NCBI GenBank assembly: GCA_963668585.1
Contig: OY764869.1
Coordinates: 861,212 to 925,211 of the forward strand
Reading direction: 5' to 3'
DNA: 64,000 nucleotides
From: Dehalococcoidia bacterium
GTDB taxonomy: Bacteria > Chloroflexota > Dehalococcoidia > Lucifugimonadales > UBA3495
A model generated the notes under the pieces. The model saw nothing but the letters and a program-made list of their open reading frames with translations. It was not told where the DNA came from and ran no database searches. Both the position numbers and the translations under genes were made by a program. This document shows, piece by piece, positions 19,579 through 31,386 of the stretch (position 1 is the first letter of the stretch; each line of letters begins with the position of its first letter).

Positions 19579-19890
19579 CTAGCGGTATGGCTCGACGAGC
19601 GCCAGTCGTTGCGGCATGTGGTCCCCGGCGGTTTCCAGGTCATACTGAGTCTGCAGCCCCATCCAGAAAGCGGCGCTGTTGCCGAAAAAGCGGGCCGGCA
19701 GCAGCGCGGTTTCAGCGGTGATGGCCCGCTCCCCGTGCACGATGGCGTGAATGCGTCGTGGATCCACATTAATGGACCTGGCCAGTCGGTATTGACTGGC
19801 GTTCAGCGGCAGCAAGAACTCCTCGCTGAGAATTTCACCCGGATGAACCGGAGGCAGTTTTTCGGTCGGGTTCAACGCGTTCACACTCAT
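19579..19890 (-). CDS. higA: HigA-family antitoxin
   Basis: PVHPGEIL.EEFL.P, RAITAETAL, FWMGLQ..YDL. Confidence 0.88.
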   Translation of the reverse strand: MSVNALNPTEKLPPVHPGEILSEEFLLPLNASQYRLARSINVDPRRIHAIVHGERAITAETALLPARFFGNSAAFWMGLQTQYDLETAGDHMPQRLALVEPYR

Positions 19891-19915
19891 GATTGATTGT
19901 TCCGATGACTACCGC

Positions 19916-20020
19916 TCAGTGGTAATCCGTTAGCTCTACATCCCAAGCATCGCCTGATATCCAAACAAAGCAGATTCGCCACTGATTATTGACTCTGATG
20001 CTGTACTGTCCTTGACGATG
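19916..20020 (-). pseudogene. higB: C-terminal remnant of a HigB (RelE-like) toxin
   Basis: Only RQGQYSIRVNNQWRICFVW..GDA.DVELTDYH is present; the upstream sequence is unrelated to HigB. Confidence 0.7.
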
Positions 20021-20167
20021 CGCGCTATTAGCGTAAAGCGCCAATGTTTTTTGACGACTCCGCCTGTCTTTTTTCGACGACCGTGACCTCTCAACCGAAA
20101 GCAAACAGGGGCAACCAGGCCGGCTGCCCCTGCTGCAGAGATCCAATTGTGAGCGGAGCTTCGGAAG

Positions 20168-21889
20168 CTACCCCACGTCCTCCACCGGCGCCGTCGCGAT
20201 GCCGTACGTCCCGTAGAAGAAGTTGGCGTAGTGGGTGGACCCTCCGGTGACCCACAGCAAATACTGGTCAGGGTCTTCCAGCGCCGTAATCGTGGCGTTC
20301 GGGTCGTCGGCCAGATGCTGCAACTCCGGATGCGCCAGCCACTTGCCGTTCTCGTCCGTCGGCACGCCCGCGCGGATGGCGTCCTGCAACGACGCCCGGC
20401 AATGCTCGTGCAGCCACTCCTGCGCGTCTCGCTTGCTGAACCCGGCGTTGGCCAGGATCACCGCGCGCGACGGGCTGAGCATGATCGGGTGGTACGGCCC
20501 CTGGAAGGGCGCGCGCTTGTTGGTGTGCCCAATCTGCGCCGACTGACGGCCCCTGACCCAACTGCCGCCGCCCGCGTGCCGGTAGAACATCATGGACGCG
20601 ATGTTGTTCAGCGTGTCCATATGGTTCTTTGAAGCATTGTCCAGCACGTCGGTGGGGCCGGTGACCGTGACCACCGTCACCGCGCTCTCGTCGGCCCGGA
20701 AACCCTTGTCAACGTGATACGGCTGCCAGGGACTGACCTCCTCGTTCTCGGCGATGCACATCCCGAACTTGGTGGGCAGACCGATGAAGTTGGGGTCGCC
20801 CGCGCCTGCCTTGCAGTAGCCGATGTTGATCAGGCACAGACGCAGCGCCCGGCCGATGGCCGTGTTGGCCTTGTTGACCACGCCCGGACCCATGGCCGAC
20901 GTGCCGTAGTTGATGCCCGCCCGGTCCGCAATCGGCCCGTTCACCAGGATCAGCGGCGCCTCCGTGTGGCCCGACACCTGCATATCCCGGTGATTGCTCT
21001 CCGGCTGCGCGATGCACTCGATGGCCGCCAGCAGAATCGGGAACTGCTCGGGACTGCAGCCAGCCATCACCGCGTTGATGGCGATCTTCTCCACCGTCGC
21101 CAGGCCGAAGCCCGGCTCCATCACCATCACCACATCCTGCGGCGCGCGGCGCGTGCCCTTAAGCATCGCCTCCACCGCTGCCGGCGTGGGCGGAACCACG
21201 GGCATCCCGTCGCTCCAGTCCCGCTCCTCCATGAACCGGTTCACCGAGTCCAGTCCCCAAGCCGATTCATCCAGCGTTACGGTGAACACGTCGGTCTCGC
21301 TGTGTCCGTTGGTCATGCCGGTGAGGTCGGCCGTGGTGGACATTCGGGTCAATCCCAGGATGATGTTGTCGATCTGCTCGTCAACCATCTTGTGGATATA
21401 GTCGGCCTGCTGCCCCGTGCAGGCGTGGGGGATGGTTACGAACGCGGTCGCCGGCTGTCCCCAGCCGTCCACGCAGGACTGCCAGGCCCGTGCGAAACTG
21501 CGCGCGGCGATGCCAACGGCGGGCACTCCGGCCCTCTCCATTGCTACCATGTCGTGGGCAAGCCACGACGTGCAGCCCCCTCAATGCGCCGCGGCGCCAA
21601 CCATGGCGTCAACTTCCCTCGAGATGATTGCCGCCTCGTCCTCGTCGATGTGGACCCCGCGGCTCAGCGCGGGCCGGCCGGGTCGGCGGTCGCCGCCATA
21701 ACTCTCGAATTTCACGTTGGCGTAGCGGCGGCCGATATGCTCCGCCACGCGGTCAACGGCCACGCCCGCGCCGCCGGTCATGTTGTCGTACAGGCCAATG
21801 GTCTTGCCTTCCAGCGTGTCCAGGCGGGCAGCCGGCGGGACCTTGAAATCCACCCGCGCGGCGGCAGGCGACATTATCTGCAATTTCAT
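20168..21889 (-). CDS. Selenoprotein with a UGSC-family thioredoxin-like domain (UGGC) fused to a conserved C-terminal domain; 573 aa with Sec at TGA 21581-21583
   Basis: The two ORFs are in frame across one TGA (AAAH-U-GGCTSWLAHD-M); SD GAGGAAG before ATG 21889; hairpin just 3' of the UGA; C-terminal WSDGMPVVPPT and ATVEKIAINAVMAGC. Confidence 0.82.
21543..21576 (-). promoter_or_regulatory. Candidate bacterial SECIS hairpin
   Basis: Sense strand UGA-GGGG-GCUGC-AC-GUCGUGG-CUUGC-CCACGAC-AUG-GUAGC: perfect 7-bp upper stem, 5-bp lower stem, loop starting 18 nt after the UGA. Confidence 0.6.
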
Positions 21890-22084
21890 AGCTGACTTCC
21901 TCGTAAGTACGAATTGGTGGGGTGGTTTTCGCCGATTCTGGCACGGATTCACCCTCTTGGCAACATCACCTGCCACCCCACCAGCCCCATTCAATTATCA
22001 ACCATACACATCTCCGCGCCGTGATATGATGGCCCCGCACTCTTGAAAACACCCACTTCAACCACGGCACGGAGGTCACGGCAA

Positions 22085-22885
22085 ATGGCGACAGGCGCGC
22101 AGGCATGGACGGAAGAATTTGTAGATGCGGCAGGAGTCAGCCTCCAGATCGTCAGAGGCGGCAGCGGCGCTCCCCTGATCGTGCTGCACGGCGAACTCGG
22201 CCACCAGGGCTGGCTCCGCTACCACGACGCCCTCGCCCAGGACTACACCCTCCACATTCCTTCCCATCCCGGCTTCGGCGCAACCCAACGCCAGGAATGG
22301 ATCATGAACATGCGCGACCTGGCCGGCTGGTACCTCGAAGCCATCGACGACCTGGGCCTGCAGGGCTCCAACCTCATGGGGTTCTCCCTGGGCGGATGGC
22401 TGGCCGCCGAAATGGCCTCCATGTCGCCCGACCTCTTCAACCGTCTGGTTCTGGTCAGCCCCGCCGGCATCAGGCCGCCCGAAGGCGAGATCTACGACAT
22501 GTTCCTGGCCGTCGCCAAGGAATACCTCACCGCCGGCTTCTACGACACCGCCAGCACACCCGAGTTCCTGGAAGTCTGCCCAGACGAGGTCTCCCCCGAG
22601 ATGGCAGAGGCGTGGGATATCGCCCGCGAGGAGGCCTGCCGCCTCAGTTGGCGCCCCTACATGCACTATCTCGCCCTGCCCAATCTCCTGCACCGCCTCA
22701 AGCGCCTGCCCACCCAGATCATCTGGGGCCGCAACGACGAGATCGTCCCCGTCAGCGCCGCGCAGGTGTTCAACGACTCCATCCCAGGCTCTAGCCTCAC
22801 CATATTCGACAACTGCGGCCACAACCCCCACCTGGAAAACACCGACGAATTCCTCGCCACCGTCAAACCCTTCCTCGCTTCCTGA
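22085..22885 (+). CDS. Alpha/beta hydrolase
   Basis: LHG, HPGFG, GFSLGG nucleophile elbow, D.IVP, CGH. Confidence 0.88.
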   Translation: MATGAQAWTEEFVDAAGVSLQIVRGGSGAPLIVLHGELGHQGWLRYHDALAQDYTLHIPSHPGFGATQRQEWIMNMRDLAGWYLEAIDDLGLQGSNLMGFSLGGWLAAEMASMSPDLFNRLVLVSPAGIRPPEGEIYDMFLAVAKEYLTAGFYDTASTPEFLEVCPDEVSPEMAEAWDIAREEACRLSWRPYMHYLALPNLLHRLKRLPTQIIWGRNDEIVPVSAAQVFNDSIPGSSLTIFDNCGHNPHLENTDEFLATVKPFLAS

Positions 22886-22901
22886 GCAGCCCGCGACCCT
22901 G

Positions 22902-22910
22902 TGTTAGAAT
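22902..22910 (+). promoter_or_regulatory. Extended -10 promoter candidate
   Basis: TG-T-TAGAAT about 50 nt upstream of the LLM start at 22961. Confidence 0.35.
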
Positions 22911-22960
22911 CCCACCCGTAGCCGGAACCCGCCCCGTCTGAGGCCCAAAGGAGACTCAAT

Positions 22961-24244
22961 ATGTTCATCGGATACTTCACCGAAAGGCCGTACCAGGACC
23001 CCAAGTCCGGATACTTCGGGGCCACCGGAAAACCCATCATGGACCTGGATGTCAGCAACGAGATCTATGACGCTCAGCTTGGCGCCAGCCTTTACAACCG
23101 CTACCTCGACGAAAAAATCTACGCCGAGGAGATGGGGTTCGACGGCCTCATGCTCAACGAGCACCACAGCACCCCCTTCTGCATGGGCGGCGCCATGAAC
23201 GTGGAGGCCTCCATCCTTGCCCGCATCACCCAGCGCGCCAAGATCGTCCTCCTGGGCAACATCATCCCCATCTGGGACGATCCCCTCTGGCTGGTCGAGC
23301 AACTCGCCATGATCGACATGATCTCCCACGGCCGCCTGGTCTCCGGATGGGTGCGCGGCACCGGGCGCGAGAGCGTCGCCCACAACGTGGAGCCCCACTA
23401 CAACTGGGAACGCTTCAAGGAGGCCCACGAACTCATCGTCAAGGCGTGGACCACTCCCGGCCCCTTCCGCTGGGAAGGCAAGCACTACCATTTCCGCCAC
23501 GTCAATCCCTGGGTGCGCCCCTACCAGAAGCCCCATCCTCCCATCTGGCTGCCGGGCGTCGTGAGCCGCGACTCCCTGATGTGGGCCGCCGAGCAGCGCA
23601 TCCCCTACATCATGCTCGCCACCGAGATGGAACCCACCAAGCAGGCCTTCCAACTTTACCACGACACCGCCGCCGATCTCGGATACGAGTCCGGCCCCCA
23701 GAACATCGGCTACCTCTGGAAGGTCCACGTGGACGAAACCGAAGAGTTGGCCGAGCAGGCCGGCCGCAAGTACGTCCAGGGCCCCAGCAACCCCTTCCTG
23801 GCCGGCAACGAAGGCACCACCAACCAGGCGCTGCTCCAACTGCCCGGCCTGACCTCCCGCCGGCGCGTCCTGCCCACCCAGTCGGTGGCCACTGCGGCCC
23901 GCGGCGGCAGCGCCGGTCCCGGCGGAGTCCTCTCCCGACCCTACGAGCAGCAGATCGAGGACTACACCATCATCTGCGGCACCCCCAAGACCGTGATCCC
24001 CAAGATCCGCCACGTGCTGGAAACCATCCGGCCCGGCAGCATCTTCTTCTGGGATGGCGACGGCGCCATGACCCACGACGACGCCATGCGCAGCCTCCGC
24101 CTCATGGGACAGGAGGTTCTGCCCGCCGTCCGCGAAATGGCCAAAGAACTGGATCTTCCAGGCCCCTTCGAGATGGACCCGGCCACCGGCAAGCCCTACG
24201 TGGCCGACCCGCCGGCCCCCGTTCCCGTCGGCGGCGACTCATAA
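22961..24244 (+). CDS. LLM-class flavin-dependent monooxygenase
   Basis: GFDGLMLNEHH, GRLVSGWVRGTG, P.QKPHPPIW. Confidence 0.9.
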   Translation: MFIGYFTERPYQDPKSGYFGATGKPIMDLDVSNEIYDAQLGASLYNRYLDEKIYAEEMGFDGLMLNEHHSTPFCMGGAMNVEASILARITQRAKIVLLGNIIPIWDDPLWLVEQLAMIDMISHGRLVSGWVRGTGRESVAHNVEPHYNWERFKEAHELIVKAWTTPGPFRWEGKHYHFRHVNPWVRPYQKPHPPIWLPGVVSRDSLMWAAEQRIPYIMLATEMEPTKQAFQLYHDTAADLGYESGPQNIGYLWKVHVDETEELAEQAGRKYVQGPSNPFLAGNEGTTNQALLQLPGLTSRRRVLPTQSVATAARGGSAGPGGVLSRPYEQQIEDYTIICGTPKTVIPKIRHVLETIRPGSIFFWDGDGAMTHDDAMRSLRLMGQEVLPAVREMAKELDLPGPFEMDPATGKPYVADPPAPVPVGGDS

Positions 24245-24268
24245 GCCTCCCCAAACCAGCAAGCCGCA

Positions 24269-24299
24269 GGGCGGCCTCACGGATGGAGGCCGCCCTTTT
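24269..24299 (+). terminator. Intrinsic terminator
   Basis: GGGCGGCCTC-7nt-GAGGCCGCCC followed by TTTT. Confidence 0.7.
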
Positions 24300-24409
24300 C
24301 GTTTAATCTGCGCCCCGCTGCCCTGCGTATTAGATATTGATGCCACATTCGACCAATCCCGCTCTCACAGTAATCCAGCAACCGTTTCAGCCGAAATCAA
24401 TTCAATCCA

Positions 24410-24609
24410 TCACTCAATCAGGGCCACTCGATCTTTGACCATGGATAAGGTAGTCCGCCATTGACCATAGATGAGGCAGTCCGCTCATCCGGAGCCCCAA
24501 TCCGCTCATCCGGAGCCTGCCGAAGGATGCGCGCACGGTGAGCAGGGGAACCGTTCAGACAGCAGCAACTGCCTTCTGCCAGGATAATCAAATGGCCCTG
24601 ATCACTCAA
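24410..24609. mobile_element. 184-bp MITE with imperfect TIRs and an 8-bp target-site duplication
   Basis: TCACTCAA at 24410-24417 and 24602-24609 flank TCAGGGCCACTCGAT...ATCAAATGGCCCTGA; relatives at about 18377-18712 and 63428-63540. Confidence 0.7.
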
Positions 24610-25133
24610 ACCCGACATTGGACTTCTACATTCCCTGTAGAGACGGTATAACCGGCTGATCGCCATCGTGCCCAGGGCACCGGCAACCACGCTCAATCCC
24701 GCTGCGCATTGGCATTTCCCCAATATTCGCCTTAAGCGGTGTGCTGGCCCCGCGTCGGAAAAAGTCACTGCCATGCTATTATGTACACCGCTTTACAATA
24801 ACGGTAGTGGCGATATGAATTGTTTCATGCAGTCTGACTGCACCTATAATGTATCGTACTATTGTGGCAGGCATCTTTTCAGAACGATAGCCAATATATT
24901 CAGTTCATTTTATTATGCAATTTTTGAAGGGTCTAATTGCGCGACCGGGAAGACGATCCGTAATCGCTGACAGCAGGCAGCCCCATTTTCTGTCAACTCG
25001 CTGGCCGCACACCAGCCCATCCAACCCCCTGACTTTCACCATCGGATCGCGCCTGTTGCGCCCACATATGTCATCGCATTCATCCCGCCATTCCAGGCAC
25101 TCTGACTAATTCGCGGACATCAGAGGAATCAGG

Positions 25134-27041
<1,908 letters not shown>

Positions 27042-27260
27042 ACGGCCCAGCAGACACCCTTCGCAAGTGCAGGGGCGAGGCATGCCTCGCCCTCACGCAT
27101 GGTTCCCCCGCCCAACCTGCTGACGCCACCCTCGCGGCGGGAGGAGGTTGGGGTGATCGAATCGCTCCGATGCCAGGCGGCACGGGGTGGTCTCATCCCC
27201 AGGGCCAGTTCGGCTATAATGCGCCGAAACAACGCACACTCTGCCCGGCGCGAGGCGGAT

Positions 27261-28409
27261 ATGACAGCCATATATCTCGACTACAATGCGACAACTCCCA
27301 TCGACCCGCAGGTGGCCGACGCCATGCTGCCCTACGTCCACGGGCTGTACGGCAATCCGTCCAGCGGCCATGCCTTCGGCGTGGCGGCACGCGAGGGAGT
27401 GGATTTGGCGCGACGGCAGGTCGCCGCCCTGTTGGGATGCCGCGAGGATGACCTGATCTTCACCAGCGGCGGCACCGAGGCCAACAACCACGCCATCAAG
27501 GGCGTCATGGGCGCGTATCGCGGCCGGGGCAATCACATCATCACGTCGGCCGTGGAACACCCGGCGGTAACCGAAGTGTGCCGCCACCTGGAAAGCCAGG
27601 GGGTTCGCACCACCTATCTGCCCGTGGATGCGCATGGCATGGTGGACCCGCAGCAGGTTGCCGACGCCATCACGTCGGAGACGCTGCTGGTCACCATCAT
27701 GCACGCCAACAACGAGGTCGGCACGATACAGCCCATTGCCGAGATCGCCGAAATCGCCCACCGGCGCGGCGTCCTGGTACACAGCGACTGCGCCCAGTCC
27801 GTGGGTAAAATACCCGTGAGGGTGGACGACCTGGGCGTTGATCTGCTCTCGGTGGCCGGCCACAAACTGTACGCGCCCAAGGGCATCGGCGCGCTGTACA
27901 TCCGGCCCGGCGTGGAGTTGGAGAAACTGATGCACGGCGCGAACCACGAGCAGAACCGGCGCGCCGGCACCGAGAACGTGATCGAAATGGCGGGACTGGG
28001 CAGAGCCTGCGAACTGATCGGGCAGAACCTGTCCGCCTACGCCGGCCACATGAGGGCCATGCGCGACCGCCTGGAATCGGGGCTGCTGGAATCGGGGCAC
28101 GATGCCAGGATCAACGGCCATCCGGAGCGACGACTCCCCAACACCTGCAGCATTGCGTTCCGTGGCGTGGAGGCCGACCGGGCGCTGGCCAGCCTGCCCA
28201 CGGTGGCGGCATCGGCGGGCGCGGCCTGCCATAGCGACCAGGTTGAGGTATCCCACGTATTGCAGGCGATGAACGTCCCCACCGAATACGCCATGGGCAC
28301 GCTGCGCCTCACCGTGGGCCGCTTCACCACGGCGGACGAGATTGACCGGGCGGTGGCGGAGATAACCGAGGTGGTGGGCAATATGTCGCCGGCGGGAGCG
28401 GTTGCCTGA
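27261..28409 (+). CDS. Group I cysteine desulfurase / selenocysteine lyase-like PLP enzyme
   Basis: IYLDYNATTP, GNPSS.H, FTSGGTEANN, AGHKLYAPKG, catalytic loop ASAGAACHSD. Confidence 0.88.
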   Translation: MTAIYLDYNATTPIDPQVADAMLPYVHGLYGNPSSGHAFGVAAREGVDLARRQVAALLGCREDDLIFTSGGTEANNHAIKGVMGAYRGRGNHIITSAVEHPAVTEVCRHLESQGVRTTYLPVDAHGMVDPQQVADAITSETLLVTIMHANNEVGTIQPIAEIAEIAHRRGVLVHSDCAQSVGKIPVRVDDLGVDLLSVAGHKLYAPKGIGALYIRPGVELEKLMHGANHEQNRRAGTENVIEMAGLGRACELIGQNLSAYAGHMRAMRDRLESGLLESGHDARINGHPERRLPNTCSIAFRGVEADRALASLPTVAASAGAACHSDQVEVSHVLQAMNVPTEYAMGTLRLTVGRFTTADEIDRAVAEITEVVGNMSPAGAVA

Positions 28410-28498
28410 CCCGACGAGATTGCCGCGCTCCATTCGTAACGGCCGGCTTGGACCGGCGTCCACTGATACATCGATACATCCAGGCAAGGAGACACAAC

Positions 28499-29851
28499 AT
28501 GACCACACAGACCAACCCCGGCGCTCTGGATTCCACGACCCTGTCCGGGTTTCAGGAATCCTTTGAAGCGCAGCCAGCCCACCAGTTGATGCAGAACGTG
28601 GTGACGCAGCACGACGTGAACGACGTGGCGCTGAACCGCAGCATCGTGGCGCAGGCGACCAACTCCTTCTCCACCGTGCTGGACGACTGGAGCGTCACCA
28701 ACCAGGCCCGCTCGGGACGCTGCTGGATGTTCGCCGGCCTCAACCTGTTCCGCGCGGAGTCTCGAAACCTGCTCAACGTCAACAATTTCGAGTTCAGCCA
28801 GAGCTACGTCATGTTCTGGGACAAGATGGAGCGGGCCAACTACATCCTGGAAGCGGTGATGGAAACCGCCGACCGGCCCATCGACGACCGGGTGGTGGCA
28901 TGGCTGCTGAACCAACCGCTGGGCGACGGCGGCCAGTGGGATATGTTCGTGAGCCTGGTGCGCAAGCACGGCGTGGTGCCCAAGACCGCGATGCCGGAGA
29001 CCGAAAGCTCGGGCAACTCCATGCGCATGAACGCCGGCCTCAACTACCAGGTGCGGCAGGGCGCCAGGAACATCCGCCGCCTGTATGCCGACGAAGCCGG
29101 CCTGGACCAGATGCGTGAGGCCAAGCAGGAGACGCTGCAGGCCATCTACCAGATCCTGTGCATCCACCTGGGCAACCCGCCGGCCGAGTTCGACTGGCAG
29201 TGGAAGGACAAGGACGGTGAGTTCCACCGGGACGGCAGCATGACGCCCCTGGAGTTCGCCGAGAAGTACATCTCCACCCCCATGGAGGAGTATGTCTGCC
29301 TGGTGAACGACCCCCGGGAGTCCAGCCCGCCGGGCCGCACCTACACCGTGCAGTACCTGGGGAACGTGGTGGACGGCACGCGCATCACGTACCTGAACGT
29401 GGACATCGACCTGATGAAGGACATCGCCATGCGGATGCTGCAGGACGGCAAGCCCGTGTGGATGGGCTGCGACACCGGCAAGCAGATGCACCGGGACAAG
29501 GGGCTGTGGGACGCCGAACTGTTCGACTACGGCAGCGTGTACAACGCCGATTTCGAGATGGACAAGGCCGAGCGCCTGGAATACCACCAGACCGCCATGA
29601 CCCACGCCATGCTGTTCACCGGCGTGGACGTGGTGGACGGCAAGCCGCGCCGCTGGCGGGTGGAGAACAGCTGGGACGACAAGGTTGGAGACAAGGGGTT
29701 CTTCCTGATGAACGACTCCTGGTTCGCCGAGTACATGTTTGAGATCGCCGCGCCGAAGAGCTACCTGCCCGAGGAGTTGCAGCGGGCGCTGGACACGGAA
29801 CCCATCATCCTGCCGCCGTGGGATCCGATGGGGTCGCTGGCTGCGGGGTGA
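28499..29851 (+). CDS. pepC: Aminopeptidase C / bleomycin hydrolase (C1B)
   Basis: NQARSGRCWMFA, DGGQW, THAM, WRVENSW, C-terminal PWDPMGSLA. Confidence 0.93.
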   Translation: MTTQTNPGALDSTTLSGFQESFEAQPAHQLMQNVVTQHDVNDVALNRSIVAQATNSFSTVLDDWSVTNQARSGRCWMFAGLNLFRAESRNLLNVNNFEFSQSYVMFWDKMERANYILEAVMETADRPIDDRVVAWLLNQPLGDGGQWDMFVSLVRKHGVVPKTAMPETESSGNSMRMNAGLNYQVRQGARNIRRLYADEAGLDQMREAKQETLQAIYQILCIHLGNPPAEFDWQWKDKDGEFHRDGSMTPLEFAEKYISTPMEEYVCLVNDPRESSPPGRTYTVQYLGNVVDGTRITYLNVDIDLMKDIAMRMLQDGKPVWMGCDTGKQMHRDKGLWDAELFDYGSVYNADFEMDKAERLEYHQTAMTHAMLFTGVDVVDGKPRRWRVENSWDDKVGDKGFFLMNDSWFAEYMFEIAAPKSYLPEELQRALDTEPIILPPWDPMGSLAAG

Positions 29852-29883
29852 TTGGAAAGGTTTGATCGCATCTGCGGGGTAGG

Positions 29884-30594
29884 ATGAGGCAACAGATTCA
29901 ATATCCCGAAGCCTACGTTGAACCATTCTGTAGGGTGCATATCACAGAGGCCAGGCGCAGCACCGAGTATTTTTGCTACGGCTGTGGCCGCCAAATGGTG
30001 GCTCACCTAAAAGACGACCTTCGCCAGAAACATTATTCTCACAAAGCCGAGGCCCATAGGTGCAACCCTAATAATGCCCTCCACGAGGCTGCAAAAGCGA
30101 ACATCGTTGAAGGCTTCATATGCGCAATGGCGGAACGGCGCGAGTACGTAACGGTCACACCGTGCTCTGAATGCACCGCGCCTATCAGCACAAACATTGC
30201 CAGACCAGGGGCTGGAATGGCATCAGAACGGGTTGTGATCGCAGGTACCCGCTCTGATTTAGTGCTTTATGATCCCGACCCCAAGCTGATTATTGAGATC
30301 GTGGTTTCACACGACTTGGACGAGCAAACCTACACCAAGTACCAAGTTTCAAGGCTGCCGGTTATCAAAATCGCTCCCAGTTGGGATAACCTAGAGGGGC
30401 TACGCTCAAAGTGCGTTGGGTACGAGTGGATGAATATGCCACTATCGGGGCGTTGTGGAAGTTGTTCATTACGGCAAAAGGTGTCTGATATAGCCCGCCA
30501 AATGAAGTACTCGGGGGAAAGTTCGCCTTTCACGTTCGACCCCATACAGTCCAATTTTTTGGATTTGGCACCAGTCGTCAGAGCAAGCCACTGA
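29884..30594 (+). CDS. CoiA-like zinc-ribbon plus PD-(D/E)XK nuclease-like protein
   Basis: YFCYGCG...KHYSHK, HEAAK, RSDLV...IEIVVSH; visibly more AT-rich than its neighbours. Confidence 0.55.
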   Translation: MRQQIQYPEAYVEPFCRVHITEARRSTEYFCYGCGRQMVAHLKDDLRQKHYSHKAEAHRCNPNNALHEAAKANIVEGFICAMAERREYVTVTPCSECTAPISTNIARPGAGMASERVVIAGTRSDLVLYDPDPKLIIEIVVSHDLDEQTYTKYQVSRLPVIKIAPSWDNLEGLRSKCVGYEWMNMPLSGRCGSCSLRQKVSDIARQMKYSGESSPFTFDPIQSNFLDLAPVVRASH

Positions 30595-30632
30595 TCTTCC
30601 ACCGCAGATGCGAAACAACCGATGAAACGCAT

Positions 30633-30875
30633 ATGGGGGCGGGTTTGAAACCCGCCCCTACGAGCATTGGCCTACGCCGTGGCATGGGGGCGAGTGGTTA
30701 GTCGCCTCTGCGTGGTTGGCGGTGGTGGAACGGGCATTGGCCCACGCCGTGGAATGGGGGCGAGTGGTTATTCGCCTCTGCGTGGTTGGCGGTGGTGGAA
30801 CGGGCGGGTTTGAAACCCGCCCCTACGCGTGTTGGCCTACCCCGTGGCATGGGGGCGGATGGTTATTCGCCTCCA
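30633..30875. repeat. REP-like cluster
   Basis: Two GGGCGGGTTTGAAACCCGCCCCTAC palindromes and a duplicated ~70-nt unit containing GGGGCGAGTGGTTATTCGCCTC. Confidence 0.75.
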
Positions 30876-30900
30876 TGCTGATGACTACGGTTCTTGCGCG

Positions 30901-31254
30901 TTACGCTTCGGCGGCGAACCAGGGGTTGGCGGCGGCTTCGTCGGGCCAGAGGAAATCGAAGCCGACTCGGAGGGCCATCTGGCGGTCCAGATCCTCGCGG
31001 TCGCCGATGTGGTAGTAGGCGTCAGCTTCGAATTCGGACTTGACACCGGCGAGCAGGTGCTTGGCGACGGCGAAATCCACGCTGATGTTGTATTCCTCCC
31101 ACAGGGAGCGCTGGCTGCTGGGCGGCCGGTCTGAACAACTGCCGATGAGGAATCCCTTGTCCCGGACGATGCGAACCATGTCCATGGTCAGGGGGCCCGG
31201 CGGGTCGCCAACCTCCAGCGTGCCGTCGATATCGAAGCTGATCAGGATTGCCAT
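30901..31254 (-). CDS. Small capless HAD-superfamily hydrolase
   Basis: ISFDIDGTL, GSCS, HIGD...D. Confidence 0.75.
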   Translation of the reverse strand: MAILISFDIDGTLEVGDPPGPLTMDMVRIVRDKGFLIGSCSDRPPSSQRSLWEEYNISVDFAVAKHLLAGVKSEFEADAYYHIGDREDLDRQMALRVGFDFLWPDEAAANPWFAAEA

Positions 31255-31386
31255 GTTTTCCTTTCCTCGGTTGCCATTGTTCTGCGGGTGGTTGTAACGG
31301 AATTTCGGGCGCCCACGGGGGACGCCCGGAGTCTCGTGGGTGTCGGGTTCCCCCTCCCGCGAGGCGAAAGGGGGAATCTGGAATGT

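Noticed and set aside
21581-21583. UGA read as Trp (alternative genetic code) or as a plain nonsense mutation
   Set aside because: TGA terminates many genes here and Trp is TGG; the UxxC context and hairpin favour Sec, though a nonsense mutation cannot be fully excluded.
24760-24925. dif site or DnaA boxes in the AT-rich gap
   Set aside because: Only half-matches were seen (CTATAATGTAT, TTATG); there is no complete 28-bp dif and no TTATCCACA cluster.
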